Source: Microcoleaceae cyanobacterium (GTDB lineage Bacteria; Cyanobacteriota; Cyanobacteriia; Cyanobacteriales; Microcoleaceae). Taken from it: a stretch of DNA of 64,000 nucleotides. The notes under the pieces are model-generated. The model saw only the letters and a program-made list of their open reading frames with translations. It ran no database searches and was not told the DNA's origin. The DNA lies in contig JBOFUV010000131.1 of NCBI GenBank assembly GCA_051652765.1, positions 42,984 to 106,983 on the forward strand, in the 5' to 3' direction. Shown in pieces: positions 12,228 through 23,463 of this stretch. Numbering within the stretch: the stretch's first letter is position 1; the number at the start of each line of letters is the position of its first letter. Both the position numbers and the translations under genes were made by a program.

Positions 12228-12998
12228 TTACATCTTATCCAGTTGTTGGCGTAGGTCTTCTAGTTCAGCATCCACTACAGTAGAAGCCTGGACACCACTA
12301 CTTCCTGCAGGCAACTGACCTTGAACTTGGGGTGCAGGGCCAAGCTGCATCTGAGCTTTGAGAGATGCCAGTTCATCATCAACATCGGTGCCTGCTTCTA
12401 GCTGAGCGAATTGACTCTCTAGGTCTGATCCTGCGAGTTCCCCAGCAGCTTGGGATTTGGCTTCCATTTGTAAGACTTTTTCTTCCATCCGCTCGAAAGC
12501 AGCAGCCGAGCCTGATGTATTGATACCCCCAATCATGCCCTGCAATTGCTCATTCGCTTTGGCTGCTTGAGACCGAGCCTTGAGCATGTTTTTCTTCGTT
12601 TTTGCCTCAGAAATCTTACTCTCTAGAGTAATTAGATTGCGTCTGAGGCCGTCAACCTGGGAGGTTTGTTGATCGAGGGTGCCTTTAATCGCATTTGCTT
12701 GTTCTGTGAAGCTTTTCTTCCGCTGTAAAGCTTCCCTGGCTAGGCCCTCATCCCCTTTTTGCAATGCCAGTTGCGCGCGGGTTTGCCACTGGTTGGCCTG
12801 GGATTGATACTGATTGTATTGTTGCTGGCTGCGCTTTTCGGTTGCGATCGCCTGGGCAACAGCCTGACGAAGCTGCACCATATCCTCTTGCATATCAATC
12901 ACAGCCTGCTCCAGGATTTTCTCTGGATCTTCAGCCTTACTAACCAGATCATTCAAGTTTGATCTAACAACTCGGTTAATGCGATCAAATAGTCCCAT
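12228..12998 (-). CDS. vipp1: Vipp1/IM30 (PspA family with C-terminal extension)
   Basis: MGLFDRINRVVRSNLN..AEDPEKILEQ; extra C-terminal helix VDAELEDLRQQLDKM. Confidence 0.9.
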   Translation of the reverse strand: MGLFDRINRVVRSNLNDLVSKAEDPEKILEQAVIDMQEDMVQLRQAVAQAIATEKRSQQQYNQYQSQANQWQTRAQLALQKGDEGLAREALQRKKSFTEQANAIKGTLDQQTSQVDGLRRNLITLESKISEAKTKKNMLKARSQAAKANEQLQGMIGGINTSGSAAAFERMEEKVLQMEAKSQAAGELAGSDLESQFAQLEAGTDVDDELASLKAQMQLGPAPQVQGQLPAGSSGVQASTVVDAELEDLRQQLDKM

Positions 12999-13174
12999 GA
13001 CGCTGTTCTTCCTTAAAACAAATAGTAGTTAGGGTTCATCGTCCTTCAGAAGCATTTCGCCTCAAGTAGCCTAATCAGTTATTCAGATTGCCCTATGGAA
13101 ATGCTACCAGTCCTACGTCCAGTTTAGCGCTAGAACTGAAAATCCTAACTCCCATTCCTAGGGTTAACGTCCCA

Positions 13175-13864
13175 CTAGGGATGCTCAATTTCGGTATCTT
13201 GGCCTCTGAGCAAAAGTCGGGCCTTCATAGCTGCAAGTTCAGCATCAACATCTCCCCCCGCTTCTAATGCCGCAAATTGCCGCTCGATTTCAGTCGAGGT
13301 CAAGCTAGCACTGGCCTCCGAGCGGGCTTCTAGTTGAATCACCTGATCCTCCATCCGCTCAAACGCTGTCCAGACACCATTGGTGGACATATTACCCAGA
13401 GCCTGATTGAGTTTTTCAGCCGCCTTAGCCGAGCGAGCACGGGCAGTGTAGAGGTCTTTTTTGGCTTTCATCTCGCTAATTTTGACTTCTAGCTGTCGCA
13501 TGTTGCGCCGGAGTCCATCAACGATTTGAGTTTGTTGCTCCAACTGTAGCCTTGTTGCCGTAGAGGTTTCAAGGTAAGACTTCCTTCGGGTCAGGGCATC
13601 CCGCGCCAACCCTTCCTGCCCTTTTTGCAGGGCCAGTTGAGCCCGACGATACCATTCTTCCTGGGTATCCCTAGCTTGAACATACTGGCGCTCCGTTCGT
13701 TTTTGGGTGGCGATCGCTTGAGCAACGGCTTGCCGGAGTTGTAGCAAGTCTTCTTGCATATCCATGAGCACTTGCTCCAGAATTTTCTCTGGATCTTCAG
13801 CTTGGCTCACCAAACTATTCAGGTTGGCCCGAATCACTTGCCAGAGACGACTTAGAACTCCCAT
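13175..13864 (-). CDS. pspA: PspA/IM30 family protein (short form)
   Basis: AEDPEKILEQ, AFERMED, lacks the Vipp1 extension; tandem with vipp1. Confidence 0.85.
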   Translation of the reverse strand: MGVLSRLWQVIRANLNSLVSQAEDPEKILEQVLMDMQEDLLQLRQAVAQAIATQKRTERQYVQARDTQEEWYRRAQLALQKGQEGLARDALTRRKSYLETSTATRLQLEQQTQIVDGLRRNMRQLEVKISEMKAKKDLYTARARSAKAAEKLNQALGNMSTNGVWTAFERMEDQVIQLEARSEASASLTSTEIERQFAALEAGGDVDAELAAMKARLLLRGQDTEIEHP

Positions 13865-13966
13865 GACTCAACGTAGTTTTCCATCAGGTTAATCAACCAT
13901 TCGACAGACGTATGCTTCGCACTTAGCTCTTAGCTTAACTTTTATCTTCTAACTTGGCTTTTTAAT

Positions 13967-15358
13967 TTACTCCCCTGCAGTCGGAATATCAAACTGAGGA
14001 GAAAGACCTCGATCACTTAACTCCTTCGCAAGCTGTTGAGCCGCAGTTTGGGTATCCAATGCCCCCAGTTGAATCTGGGTACCCGCTTTGAATTCCCGGA
14101 CGTAGGCATCAGGCACAATTACCCTGGCTTTCTCCAGAGAACTCACATCACTGTAGGGTACGACTACGTAATACAAACCATCCACGGCCCGAGTCGGCTC
14201 AGTCTGGGGCTGATTGGCTGATTGATTAGCTTGATTAGCTGGAGGAGTTGCGCCTGCTGCGGGCTGAGGAGATGGCGTTGCGGCAGCTTGCGTTGCCGGG
14301 GCCTGAGGCTCTGGCAACAGTTCCTTGCTGAGATTGTTCAAGCTAGGGCCTGTGGGCTGGAGGGTTGGGGGGGCTAAATTTTGGGGTGGGTTAAGGGGGT
14401 TGGCTGGAGACACCACTGGGGCTGGAATTGGACTAGGGCTAGGATTGACGTTGCTGAGAGTATTGAGGTCAAGGTCAACAAACTCCTGGGCTGCAAGGTT
14501 CGGCGACTGCGCTGAACTGCCTGGTGAGGATGAGACTGGCGCTGCGGTATTGCCTGAAGAGGGTTGAGGAAGGGTCTCTGGATCGCCCGCCTTGAAAAAG
14601 CGGTTCAATCCCAAGGTTGCTCTGCCGTTGGGGGACATCACAACATAACCCAGGGTCATACAGGAGCCCAAAAGCAACAACATGGAGACAATTCCCAAAG
14701 GGCTAAGCAAACTAGCAATTGAGCTGCGCTGACCCCGGACTCTTGCCCTAGGCTGATCAATAGTTTTCACCAAGGCTTCGGAAGATTCCAAGTAATCTTC
14801 CGGGGGCGTGAGATATTGCTCCGAACCTGATGATGTAGAACTAGCTCTTGAAGAATTTGTTCTTAAAGAATTGGCCCTTGCAGAACTTGTTCCTAAGCTG
14901 TGAAAGCCCTGGGTTGAGCCGCTTTGGACTTGAGTCCGGGGAACTAAAGGGGCAGCCTCCGTATTCATCACAACTGATTCCCAACCTGCTGGGGAAGTTG
15001 CAGTGCCTAACGTCTGACCAACCCGGTTAGAATCTGCACTTGTAGAACCTGCACTGGGTTCTAGGCGACTATCGTCTGAAGTTACAGCCAAGACTTGAGA
15101 CGGTTTGTGGGCGTGCTGGGTATTGGCGGGATCAAGCGAAATTTGTTTGATGCGCTTGCGCTGACGACGATATCGAGTGAGTTCTTCTTCCAATTGAACA
15201 TCTAGACAACCAAGGACTGATTGAAGCTGAGGCGATATCTCCGACTGAGAAGAAGCGGTTGAGAATGAAGAACTGATCGGCTGAATCATGACGAAATCCT
15301 CGCAAAATCTGATGAAGTCTATGGGGCTACATCCTAGAGAGCGTCTTAAAACTTTCAC
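13967..15358 (-). CDS. Hypothetical single-TM protein with Pro-rich linker and C-terminal SPOR-like domain
   Basis: LDVQLEEELTRYRRQR N-terminus, TM segment, YYVVV...PDAYVR...IQLGA C-terminus; start may be downstream (MIQPIS). Confidence 0.75.
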   Translation of the reverse strand: MKVLRRSLGCSPIDFIRFCEDFVMIQPISSSFSTASSQSEISPQLQSVLGCLDVQLEEELTRYRRQRKRIKQISLDPANTQHAHKPSQVLAVTSDDSRLEPSAGSTSADSNRVGQTLGTATSPAGWESVVMNTEAAPLVPRTQVQSGSTQGFHSLGTSSARANSLRTNSSRASSTSSGSEQYLTPPEDYLESSEALVKTIDQPRARVRGQRSSIASLLSPLGIVSMLLLLGSCMTLGYVVMSPNGRATLGLNRFFKAGDPETLPQPSSGNTAAPVSSSPGSSAQSPNLAAQEFVDLDLNTLSNVNPSPSPIPAPVVSPANPLNPPQNLAPPTLQPTGPSLNNLSKELLPEPQAPATQAAATPSPQPAAGATPPANQANQSANQPQTEPTRAVDGLYYVVVPYSDVSSLEKARVIVPDAYVREFKAGTQIQLGALDTQTAAQQLAKELSDRGLSPQFDIPTAGE

Positions 15359-15804
15359 CTAGACCCTAGCCTAGCATTATTGCTCAACGACCTCTCCGTT
15401 CCTTGAATAATATCAAGTTTTCTGAAGTTTCGATGAGAACCAGTGGCCTCAAGCCTTGTTGGAAAAAATGACTGCTTCTTTAAGGGTTATTAAAGATCGA
15501 TCAGATTTAATCCACTTAAAATGTGTTTTTGATCACAAACTCTAATCCAATTTTCACTTGATCCCCAGTCACTTTTCTGCTGTTATTCCCCTCAGTAGAC
15601 AGGTTTTACAGATCTTAATATTCCTGCCTTTGAATGTATCTGTGTTTAAAGCAAATCTAAAGTAAACCTAAAAATCAGATGTATCCCAACCTGGCTCTAA
15701 CTGGTATGGGATCACGACTAACAGGCATTTAAACCAGATTTTCAGTAGATCAGAATAAAAGATATGAATCAGCAGGCCGAAAATGATTTTATGAAAATAA
15801 TTTT

Positions 15805-16071
15805 ATGAAAATAACCGATCGCCAAACTTCTTGCTGTCGCTATTGCCAACACTACACTCCCGAAGGACGGCGAGGTGGTCAATGTAGTCAACTCAACGTT
15901 CCGGTTCATGGCGAGTGGGGCGCATGTTCCCTTGCGGTGCAAGCTTTTGCTCCAGTCTGGGAACACCCGATGGAAGCGTTAGCGATATCTAGTCAGGTTG
16001 CTCCAACTCACACAGAAATATTGACCTCAAGCCCCGTGCCCTCAACCTCACCGACTCCTGTTTTGGTTTAA
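15805..16071 (+). CDS. Small Cys-rich conserved hypothetical protein
   Basis: CRYCQHYTPEGRRGGQCSQLNVPVHGEWGAC motif. Confidence 0.75.
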   Translation: MKITDRQTSCCRYCQHYTPEGRRGGQCSQLNVPVHGEWGACSLAVQAFAPVWEHPMEALAISSQVAPTHTEILTSSPVPSTSPTPVLV

Positions 16072-16084
16072 GATCGTAGCTTGT

Positions 16085-16918
16085 TTAAGGCAGCCAGGGA
16101 TACTGACGGAAATTTGGCTGCCGCTTCTCTAGGAACGCTTGTTTTCCTTCATTCCCCTCGTCGCTCATGTAGTAGAGTAGGGTGGCATTTCCAGCCAATT
16201 CCTGTAACCCAGCTTGACCATCGCAGTCTGCATTAAAAGCGGCCTTGAGACACCGAATGGCAATCGGACTTTTCTCCAGAATTTCGTTGGCCCATTGAAT
16301 TCCTTCGGCCTCCAACTGCTCTACTGGCACAACACAGTTGATCAGGCCCATGTCTAGGGCTTGTTGAGCATCGTATTGGCGACAGAGAAACCAAATCTCG
16401 CGGGCTTTTTTCTGGCCAACACTGCGAGCCAGGTAGCTTGCCCCAAATCCACCGTCAAAACTACCTACCTTTGGGCCAGTCTGACCAAAAATAGCATTGT
16501 CAGCCGCAATGGTTAAATCACAGATCAAATGCAAGACATGGCCTCCACCAATGGCATAGCCCGCAACTAGGGCGATCGCAACTTTGGGCATGGAACGGAT
16601 CAGTCGTTGGAGATCGAGGACATTCAGCCGGGGGATACCTGTTTCATCGACATAGCCTGCTTCCCCCCGCACACTCTGATCTCCCCCTGAACAAAACGCA
16701 TACTTCCCGTCAGTATGGGGGCCAGCACCGGTGAATAAAACCACCCCGATCTTGAGATCTTCCCGGACATCGACGAAGGCATCGTACAGTTCGACCACCG
16801 TTTTGGGTCGGAAGGCATTGCGTTTGTGAGGACGGTTGATTGTGATTTTAGCGATTCCATCCGCTTTCTGATAGAGGATATCCTCGTAGATTTTGACCGT
16901 TTGCCAATCAACAGACAT
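16085..16918 (-). CDS. menB: 1,4-dihydroxy-2-naphthoyl-CoA synthase
   Basis: [30 protein letters not shown] at 16918. Confidence 0.97.
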   Translation of the reverse strand: MSVDWQTVKIYEDILYQKADGIAKITINRPHKRNAFRPKTVVELYDAFVDVREDLKIGVVLFTGAGPHTDGKYAFCSGGDQSVRGEAGYVDETGIPRLNVLDLQRLIRSMPKVAIALVAGYAIGGGHVLHLICDLTIAADNAIFGQTGPKVGSFDGGFGASYLARSVGQKKAREIWFLCRQYDAQQALDMGLINCVVPVEQLEAEGIQWANEILEKSPIAIRCLKAAFNADCDGQAGLQELAGNATLLYYMSDEGNEGKQAFLEKRQPNFRQYPWLP

Positions 16919-17021
16919 TGCTCTCTCTGAAGTCCTTTTCTGAAATCCTTTGTGAAAAGGAAGTATAGTACACCCTAAATGCGTTGGTCGAGTCAGACAG
17001 AATTTCTTCACAAGTCATTGG

Positions 17022-17927
17022 TCACAGGCCCAGCTTCTCTAGAACAGACTTTGTGGAAACAATATGACGGTCTAACCCTAATTTTTGGGGTTCAATACCA
17101 AGGGCGAGGGCAATCAGTTGAGGCAAGTGTAAAACGGGTAAGCCCAGGGATTGACCGATGACCTGTTCAACATCAGGTTGGCGAGAATCCAAGTTGAGAT
17201 GACAGAGGGGACAGGGGGTCACCAAGCAATCTGCACCTTGAGCCATGGCTTCCTGAATGTGATTTCCGGCCATCCGAAAGGAGAGTTCGGGCGCATAGCT
17301 AGAAATGGGCCAACCGCAACATTGGGTGCGCCCCCGGTAATAAATTGGGGTGGCCCCAACTGCCCGGAAGACATTTTCCATGGATTCAGGTTGGTGGGGA
17401 TCGTCATAGGGCAAACTTGCCTGACCTCGAAGCAAATAGCATCCGTAGAACGCAGCACATTTTAACCCAGACAATTTACGGGTGACCCGTTGTTCAATTT
17501 CATTCAAGCCGTAGTCCCCAATTAAGGCCCAGAGCAAATGTTTTACCACCGTTGCCCCCTTGTAAGGAGAACAACTTTGTTGATTTAACAGAGTATTAAT
17601 CTGCTGAACGTAGGCTGAATCAGTCTCTTGCAAGGTTTTCAGGCGTTCATCAACCCTTCCTAAAACTCCCTGGCAGGTGCTGCAATGGGTCAGCAGGGGC
17701 AAATTCAATTCCTCGGCCAAGGCAATGTTACGGGCATTGACAGTATCTTCCAGCAATTGAGAATCTTCTTTAAATGTGCCTGAGCCACAACAGGCTGCTT
17801 TTTTTAACTCAACTAGCTCAATCCCCAAGGTTCGAGTCAAAATTTGAGTTGAGTCATAAAGCTCCCGGCAAGCTCCCTGAGCCACACAACCAGGAAAGTA
17901 AGCATATTTTAGGGTTTTAGATGGCAT
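17022..17927 (-). CDS. hdrB: Heterodisulfide reductase subunit B-like (CCG domain) protein
   Basis: YFPGC, CCGSG, CSTC, QCCG, PCPLC motifs. Confidence 0.85.
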   Translation of the reverse strand: MPSKTLKYAYFPGCVAQGACRELYDSTQILTRTLGIELVELKKAACCGSGTFKEDSQLLEDTVNARNIALAEELNLPLLTHCSTCQGVLGRVDERLKTLQETDSAYVQQINTLLNQQSCSPYKGATVVKHLLWALIGDYGLNEIEQRVTRKLSGLKCAAFYGCYLLRGQASLPYDDPHQPESMENVFRAVGATPIYYRGRTQCCGWPISSYAPELSFRMAGNHIQEAMAQGADCLVTPCPLCHLNLDSRQPDVEQVIGQSLGLPVLHLPQLIALALGIEPQKLGLDRHIVSTKSVLEKLGL

Positions 17928-18105
17928 GGCTTTATCTTTTGGTTCTAAGTTCCATCATCGCCTGTACTGCTCGAAATTCCAAATTCAGGAGAGCCCTGGA
18001 TCTTTGCTTTTTCTTAACAAAGTGCTAAGAACTCTTGCCTGAGGAATCCCACTTTCAGCTAAGATATTATACGCGGCATTTAACTTAAGAAAGGATTCGC
18101 AGTCT

Positions 18106-18351
18106 ATGAGTGACACGTTTGACAAGGTAAAAAAGATTGTTGCAGAGCAGCTTGAGGTTGAACCCGAGCAAGTTACCCCTGAAGCAAACTTTGCAAATGA
18201 CCTAGGCGCAGACTCCCTCGACACCGTAGAGTTAGTCATGGCTCTGGAAGAAGAATTTGATATTGAGATTCCCGATGAAGCTGCGGAGCAGATCCTAACC
18301 GTTCAGGCCGTTGTAGACTACATCGATAGCAAAGTCAAAGCATCCGCTTAG
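18106..18351 (+). CDS. acpP: Acyl carrier protein
   Basis: [20 protein letters not shown]. Confidence 0.97.
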   Translation: MSDTFDKVKKIVAEQLEVEPEQVTPEANFANDLGADSLDTVELVMALEEEFDIEIPDEAAEQILTVQAVVDYIDSKVKASA

Positions 18352-18453
18352 AGACTTTCCCCTGAATTTGAAATCGAATCAAATTACCTTTTACCTAAAC
18401 CTCTGCATTTTGCATTCGGGCGTTCATTGCTGAAAACGAAAATCATAACTGAT

Positions 18454-19698
18454 ATGAACCATAAGCGCGTTGTTGTAACAGGTCTGGGCGCAATTACTCC
18501 GATCGGTAATACCCTGGTGGAGTATTGGCAAGGATTGTTGGACGGGCAGAATGGAATAGGTGCAATCACTTTGTTTGATGCGTCTAGGCATGACTGTCGG
18601 ATCGCAGGGGAGGTGAAAGGATTTGAAGCCAGCGACTACCTTCCTCGGAAGGACGCAAAGCGAATGGATCGATTTTCTCAGTTTGCAGTGGTTGCCAGTC
18701 AACAGGCGATCGCTGATGCAAACTTTGTCATTGATGACCTGAATGCAGACCAGGTTGGTGTGATCATCGGTACAGGGATTGGGGGACTCAAAGTCCTTGA
18801 AGATCAGCACGAGGTCTATCTTACCCGTGGCCCAGATCGATGTAGCCCCTTCATGATTCCAACCATGATTGCGAACATGGCAGCGGGGTTGACGGCAATT
18901 CATCTGGGTGCAAAGGGGCCAAACTCCTGTACTGTAACGGCCTGCGCTGCCGGATCAAATGCAGTGGGTGATGCCTTTCGACTAATTCAACGGGGCTATG
19001 CTCAAGCGATGATCTGTGGGGGGACAGAGGCAGCGGTTACACCCTTGTCCCTGGCTGGGTTTGCCGCTGCCAGAACCCTTTCAACTCGAAATGACGACCC
19101 CAGTCGAGCCTGTCGTCCCTTTGATCAGGATCGGGATGGATTTGTGATGGGAGAAGGATCGGGAATCTTAATTCTGGAAGAGATGGAGTATGCCCTGAGT
19201 CGGGGGGCGCAAATTTATGCAGAAATTGTCGGCTATGGCATGACCTGTGATGCTTACCACATGACTTCTCCTGTACCGGGTGGGGAGGGAGCAACTCGAG
19301 CAATGGCTTTGGCGATGAAAGATGCAGGGTTGACTCCCGATCGGGTGGACTATATCAATGCCCATGGAACTAGTACTCCGCTCAATGATTCCAATGAAAC
19401 CGCAGCGATCAAGCGGGCATTGGGGGAAGAGGCATATAAGGTCGCTGTCAGCTCTACCAAATCCATGACAGGCCATTTATTAGGGGGTTCTGGCGGAATT
19501 GAGGCTGTCGCAACCGTGATGGCGATCGCCAATGACAAGCTACCCCCAACGATCAACCTGGAAAATCCTGATCCTGCCTGTGATTTGGATTACGTTGCCA
19601 ATCACAGTCGTGACAAGGTGGTGAATGTTGCCTTGTCCAACTCTTTTGGGTTTGGGGGTCACAACGTTACTTTAGCCTTTAAAAAGTTTTGCAAGTAG
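18454..19698 (+). CDS. fabF: Beta-ketoacyl-ACP synthase II
   Basis: [37 protein letters not shown]; follows acpP. Confidence 0.97.
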   Translation: MNHKRVVVTGLGAITPIGNTLVEYWQGLLDGQNGIGAITLFDASRHDCRIAGEVKGFEASDYLPRKDAKRMDRFSQFAVVASQQAIADANFVIDDLNADQVGVIIGTGIGGLKVLEDQHEVYLTRGPDRCSPFMIPTMIANMAAGLTAIHLGAKGPNSCTVTACAAGSNAVGDAFRLIQRGYAQAMICGGTEAAVTPLSLAGFAAARTLSTRNDDPSRACRPFDQDRDGFVMGEGSGILILEEMEYALSRGAQIYAEIVGYGMTCDAYHMTSPVPGGEGATRAMALAMKDAGLTPDRVDYINAHGTSTPLNDSNETAAIKRALGEEAYKVAVSSTKSMTGHLLGGSGGIEAVATVMAIANDKLPPTINLENPDPACDLDYVANHSRDKVVNVALSNSFGFGGHNVTLAFKKFCK

Positions 19699-19784
19699 AT
19701 TTTGTAAGTCAGTTTTGCTTGTCAGCTTTGCAAGTCATAAACTTTTGCCAGTCAACTCGGGGTCAAACTTAGGGCTTGGTTGTT

Positions 19785-19826
19785 AATCAGTCAGGATGTT
19801 TCTACTAGAAGGCATTCTGACTGATT
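19785..19826 (+). terminator. Strong hairpin downstream of fabF
   Basis: aatcagtcaggatg...cattctgactgatt inverted repeat. Confidence 0.55.
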
Positions 19827-20048
19827 CACAGTTGACATGAGTTGCTAAAGTAAAGTCAGGATTTAGACAGTTAAGTGGTTTGCTCCCCCGGCTTCCAAAC
19901 GTTGGCTAAGGTTGGCTAAGGTCTGATACAAAAGTTGAGCCGAGCCTTCCTAACCCCCTTTGGGAAGGGGATCAAACAGCACTTTGTTAAAACAGTTACT
20001 AAAACAATCACTAAAACAATCACTAAAGCACTCACTAATGATAAATCT

Positions 20049-20561
20049 ATGTTAAGTACTGCTCAACTGCTCACTTACTCTCAATGGGCTGGAATTGCCA
20101 CCTTGGTTTTTGCGGTTATTACTGGCCTTGGGTTCATTTTTAACTGGGGAATTCGCTTCCGGTTGGTCGGTGTGACTGCATTCATGGGAGTTTTAGCCGG
20201 GGGTATCTTTGGCTTGGGGTTGGGGTTATTCACACGGACAGAAATCCCTGGAGCGCTCAGCTACAGCCGTGTGTTTGACGATGGGGCGAGACAAATCGTG
20301 ATTACAGTCGCACCAGACATTACAGAATCTCAGTTGGCAGCAACCCTGCAGCAAGCGGGATCTGATTTATTCTCTCCGGGCCGAGTGGGACGTGCTAACC
20401 AATCCCTGTCAATTCGCGCCCGAACCTTAATTCATCCTCAACCGGGTATTTCTGAGCCCTTGTATTTGGGGGAGATCAAACGTTCCCTCTCCCAGCGCGA
20501 AGATAACAATTTTGAGATCAATCTCTTTCCTGAGGCGATCGCCAAGCTCCACAAGACGTGA
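20049..20561 (+). CDS. ycf51: Ycf51 family protein
   Basis: WGIRFRLVGVTAF, VFDDGA, DLFSPGR, PGISEPLYLG; ATG at 20049. Confidence 0.8.
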   Translation: MLSTAQLLTYSQWAGIATLVFAVITGLGFIFNWGIRFRLVGVTAFMGVLAGGIFGLGLGLFTRTEIPGALSYSRVFDDGARQIVITVAPDITESQLAATLQQAGSDLFSPGRVGRANQSLSIRARTLIHPQPGISEPLYLGEIKRSLSQREDNNFEINLFPEAIAKLHKT

Positions 20562-20605
20562 AAGTCCTAGACGAAGTTCCAACAAAGTGCAGGAGAGTTT
20601 GAGCA

Positions 20606-22303
20606 TTGAGCGATCGCGAACCGTTGCAGTCCTCTAAACTTGAAGCATCAGGTCAACCCCCTGAATTGTTAGAATTCATCCCTGCGATCGCCCAGATGGT
20701 GATCGCGATCGGTGCTATTCCCAAAGAGATTGTCAGACGCTACCAACAAATCAATCCTCACTGTCAATTTGTCACCCTAGAATCAGGGGATTTAATGGCG
20801 GCGGGACTGGCAGTAGGATCAATTGATTGCCTGCTGTTTGATGGTACCTTAGCCCATTTTCATCATTTTTCAGCAGTCCTCTCTCATCAACTGGATTTTT
20901 TGCGAGATGGCGGGCAAGTTTTAACCCTGATTCCCAATGCTCAATACTGGGTAAATATTGTAAATCTGTTGCGAGGGAAAGTCGAACCCTTGGAAGTTGC
21001 AAGGTCTAGCTTCAATCCCACCAGTTTGACCCTAGATCAAATTCAACATCTGTTCCAAGCAGTCGAACTGCAAATTTATGAAATTCAAACTCGCGGCCAA
21101 AAAGATGAACAATTTCAACAGTTTCAACATCTTCTCCAGCCGATGGTTCAGGCTCTAGGGATTGAGCCTAATCGTTTTGCGACCCAAACTGCGGCCCAAC
21201 GCTATGTTGTGCGGGCGATCAAATCTCCCCAACGTCCTCGCAGGCTGTTAATTCAAACCCTGATGATGGCTCCCACTGCCTGCGATCGCGTGCGAGTCTT
21301 GGAACCGGATCAACTCAGTCGAACCCTGCCTGGAGTTCGGGCGGTGGCCGCTGCAAAAACATGGCCTAACGTCACCCCGGTACCGGGGGAGGAAAAAGTG
21401 TTGATCTGGCAGCGCACGATCATGTCCTATTCAGACCATCTGCCTCGCTTAAAACAGTTGTTGCAGCAAGACTACTTGATCATTGCCGAAATTGACGATA
21501 ATCCCTTGAGGCGCAAAGAATATGCTGACCATCACTATCTGAGTTATCGGGGCTGTCATGCCGTTCAAACCTCCACAGAACCCTTAGCAACTTTCCTGCG
21601 CCAACTGAATCCCTACGTTGGCGTTTTTCCAAATCAGTTGGCGTTCCTGCCTTCTCCCCGAACGGCGGAAAACTGGGACAATACCCATCAAGACAATACC
21701 CATCAAGACGACCCTCCCAAAAAAGTCACCTTATTTTTTGGGGCCCTGAATCGGGAACAGGATTGGCAGCCGATCATGGAGGCTCTCAATCGAGTTCTTG
21801 TAGCCCATCAAAATCAGGTTTGGGTAAAAGTCATCCACGATCGCCAATTTTTTGACTGTTTAGCAACTTCCCAAAAAGACTTTGAACCTTTTTGCGGCTA
21901 TGATCGCTATCAGGAAATCTTACATACCTGTCATATTGGGTTGTTGCCCCTAGCTCCAACGGCAGTAAATCTGATGAAATCCGACTTGAAGTTTGTAGAA
22001 TGTGCAGGGCATGGAGTTGCCGTTTTAGCGAGTCCAACTGTTTATGAACGCTCAATTATCGATGGAGAAACTGGGGTGATTTATTGCACCGTGAAACAAT
22101 TTGAATCCCAGCTTCAAGAGCTGATTACCAATCATACACTCCGACAACAAATTGCAACGAAGGCTTACTATTGGGTACGGGATCACCGTTTATTGTCCCA
22201 ACACTTTCATCACCGTCGGGACTGGTATTATCAACTCCGAGATCAATTGCCTCAATTGAACCGATCTCTGCGCGATCGCGTGCCCGAATTATTTACAGAT
22301 TGA
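20606..22303 (+). CDS. Glycosyltransferase with degenerate methyltransferase-like N-terminal domain
   Basis: N-terminal LRDGGQVLTLIPNAQYW; C-terminal GT-B features (EIDD, KSDLKFVECA, IIDGETG). Confidence 0.75.
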   Translation: MSDREPLQSSKLEASGQPPELLEFIPAIAQMVIAIGAIPKEIVRRYQQINPHCQFVTLESGDLMAAGLAVGSIDCLLFDGTLAHFHHFSAVLSHQLDFLRDGGQVLTLIPNAQYWVNIVNLLRGKVEPLEVARSSFNPTSLTLDQIQHLFQAVELQIYEIQTRGQKDEQFQQFQHLLQPMVQALGIEPNRFATQTAAQRYVVRAIKSPQRPRRLLIQTLMMAPTACDRVRVLEPDQLSRTLPGVRAVAAAKTWPNVTPVPGEEKVLIWQRTIMSYSDHLPRLKQLLQQDYLIIAEIDDNPLRRKEYADHHYLSYRGCHAVQTSTEPLATFLRQLNPYVGVFPNQLAFLPSPRTAENWDNTHQDNTHQDDPPKKVTLFFGALNREQDWQPIMEALNRVLVAHQNQVWVKVIHDRQFFDCLATSQKDFEPFCGYDRYQEILHTCHIGLLPLAPTAVNLMKSDLKFVECAGHGVAVLASPTVYERSIIDGETGVIYCTVKQFESQLQELITNHTLRQQIATKAYYWVRDHRLLSQHFHHRRDWYYQLRDQLPQLNRSLRDRVPELFTD

Positions 22304-22394
22304 TTTTTAGGTTCTAGGTTTTAAGTCTTGATTCTTGATTCTTAATTCTTAATTTTCAACTCTTAACTCTTAATCTTTAATTTCAACTATAAAA

Positions 22395-23294
22395 ATGAAA
22401 ATTTTAATTGTCTTACCCCATTTTTATAATGCTCAATCTGAAAGTAAACATGCCTCTCAAGGGAAAGATCCCAGACCTCGAATCATGGCGTTGAGTATGG
22501 CTCTAACCAGCTTGCAAGGACTTTATAGTCAATCTCAATGCATGATCAATATCGGAAAATGTATCACAATTCCGGTCAATCAAGCTCCGGAAAATCAGCT
22601 AGATATTATAATTTGTACAACTGGAAATTGTCATTTACTCTCTCAGCTTCCGCTCCCGACAACCCTCTATAAACATCACACAACAGATTCAGAACCGATG
22701 ATGTTAGGATTTGAATGTCAGGCTGTATTGCGAGATCACTTGGGAAAATATGATTATTATTGCTATTTAGAAGATGATCTGATTTTGCACGATCCCTGGC
22801 TGTTTATTAAACTTGACTGGTTTAATTCCCATGCCGGAGCGCACTGCTTGCTGCAACCCAATCGTTACGAAGTATCTCCCCATGGAGAAGTGATTAAAGC
22901 CTATATTGATGGCGATTTATACCCTCACCTCACAGCCAATTTTCAGAACGTCCAAGATCAGCCTCAATTTATTGGCAAAGTCATGGAGCAACCTGTTAAG
23001 TTTCAGCGCCCATTAAACCCCCATTCGGGTTGTTACTTTCTAACGGCTGAGCAAGTGGAAGCTTGGGCAAGGCAGCCCTATTTTTTAGATCGAGATTGCA
23101 GTTTTATTGGCCCCCTAGAAAGTGCTGCAACCCTGGGAATTATGAAAACATTTAAAATTTACAAACCCATTGCCAAGTCTGCAAATTTCTTGGAGATTCA
23201 ACATTTTGGCTCTAACTTTCTCAGCTTGGTGGGTAAGCAAGTCAAGGTAGCCCATGTGTCTAGTGCTAGCTCAAGTCAAGATTCAGTTCTATAA
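22395..23294 (+). CDS. Conserved hypothetical protein, possible GT-A-like fold
   Basis: 299-aa ORF with YDYYCYLEDDL (DxD-like) motif, downstream of a glycosyltransferase. Confidence 0.7.
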   Translation: MKILIVLPHFYNAQSESKHASQGKDPRPRIMALSMALTSLQGLYSQSQCMINIGKCITIPVNQAPENQLDIIICTTGNCHLLSQLPLPTTLYKHHTTDSEPMMLGFECQAVLRDHLGKYDYYCYLEDDLILHDPWLFIKLDWFNSHAGAHCLLQPNRYEVSPHGEVIKAYIDGDLYPHLTANFQNVQDQPQFIGKVMEQPVKFQRPLNPHSGCYFLTAEQVEAWARQPYFLDRDCSFIGPLESAATLGIMKTFKIYKPIAKSANFLEIQHFGSNFLSLVGKQVKVAHVSSASSSQDSVL

Positions 23295-23463
23295 TTTATT
23301 TTTGTGTCATGACTGCAAGATAGCCTGAACTCTTGTCAGGATATTGGCTTCAATGTCTCTGCAACGGGGTATGGTTAAGACAGGTTTTGTATAAAATATT
23401 CATAGGGAAGCCTGTTGCAAAATTCTGACTGGTAGACCTCAGTTTTAGGGAGAAGCTTCAACC

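Noticed and set aside
12228..13864. Tandem vipp1/pspA as a novelty
   Set aside because: Common arrangement in cyanobacteria
22320..22390. Heptamer-like ttcttga/ttcttaa repeats
   Set aside because: Ordinary short tandem repeats common in filamentous cyanobacterial intergenic DNA
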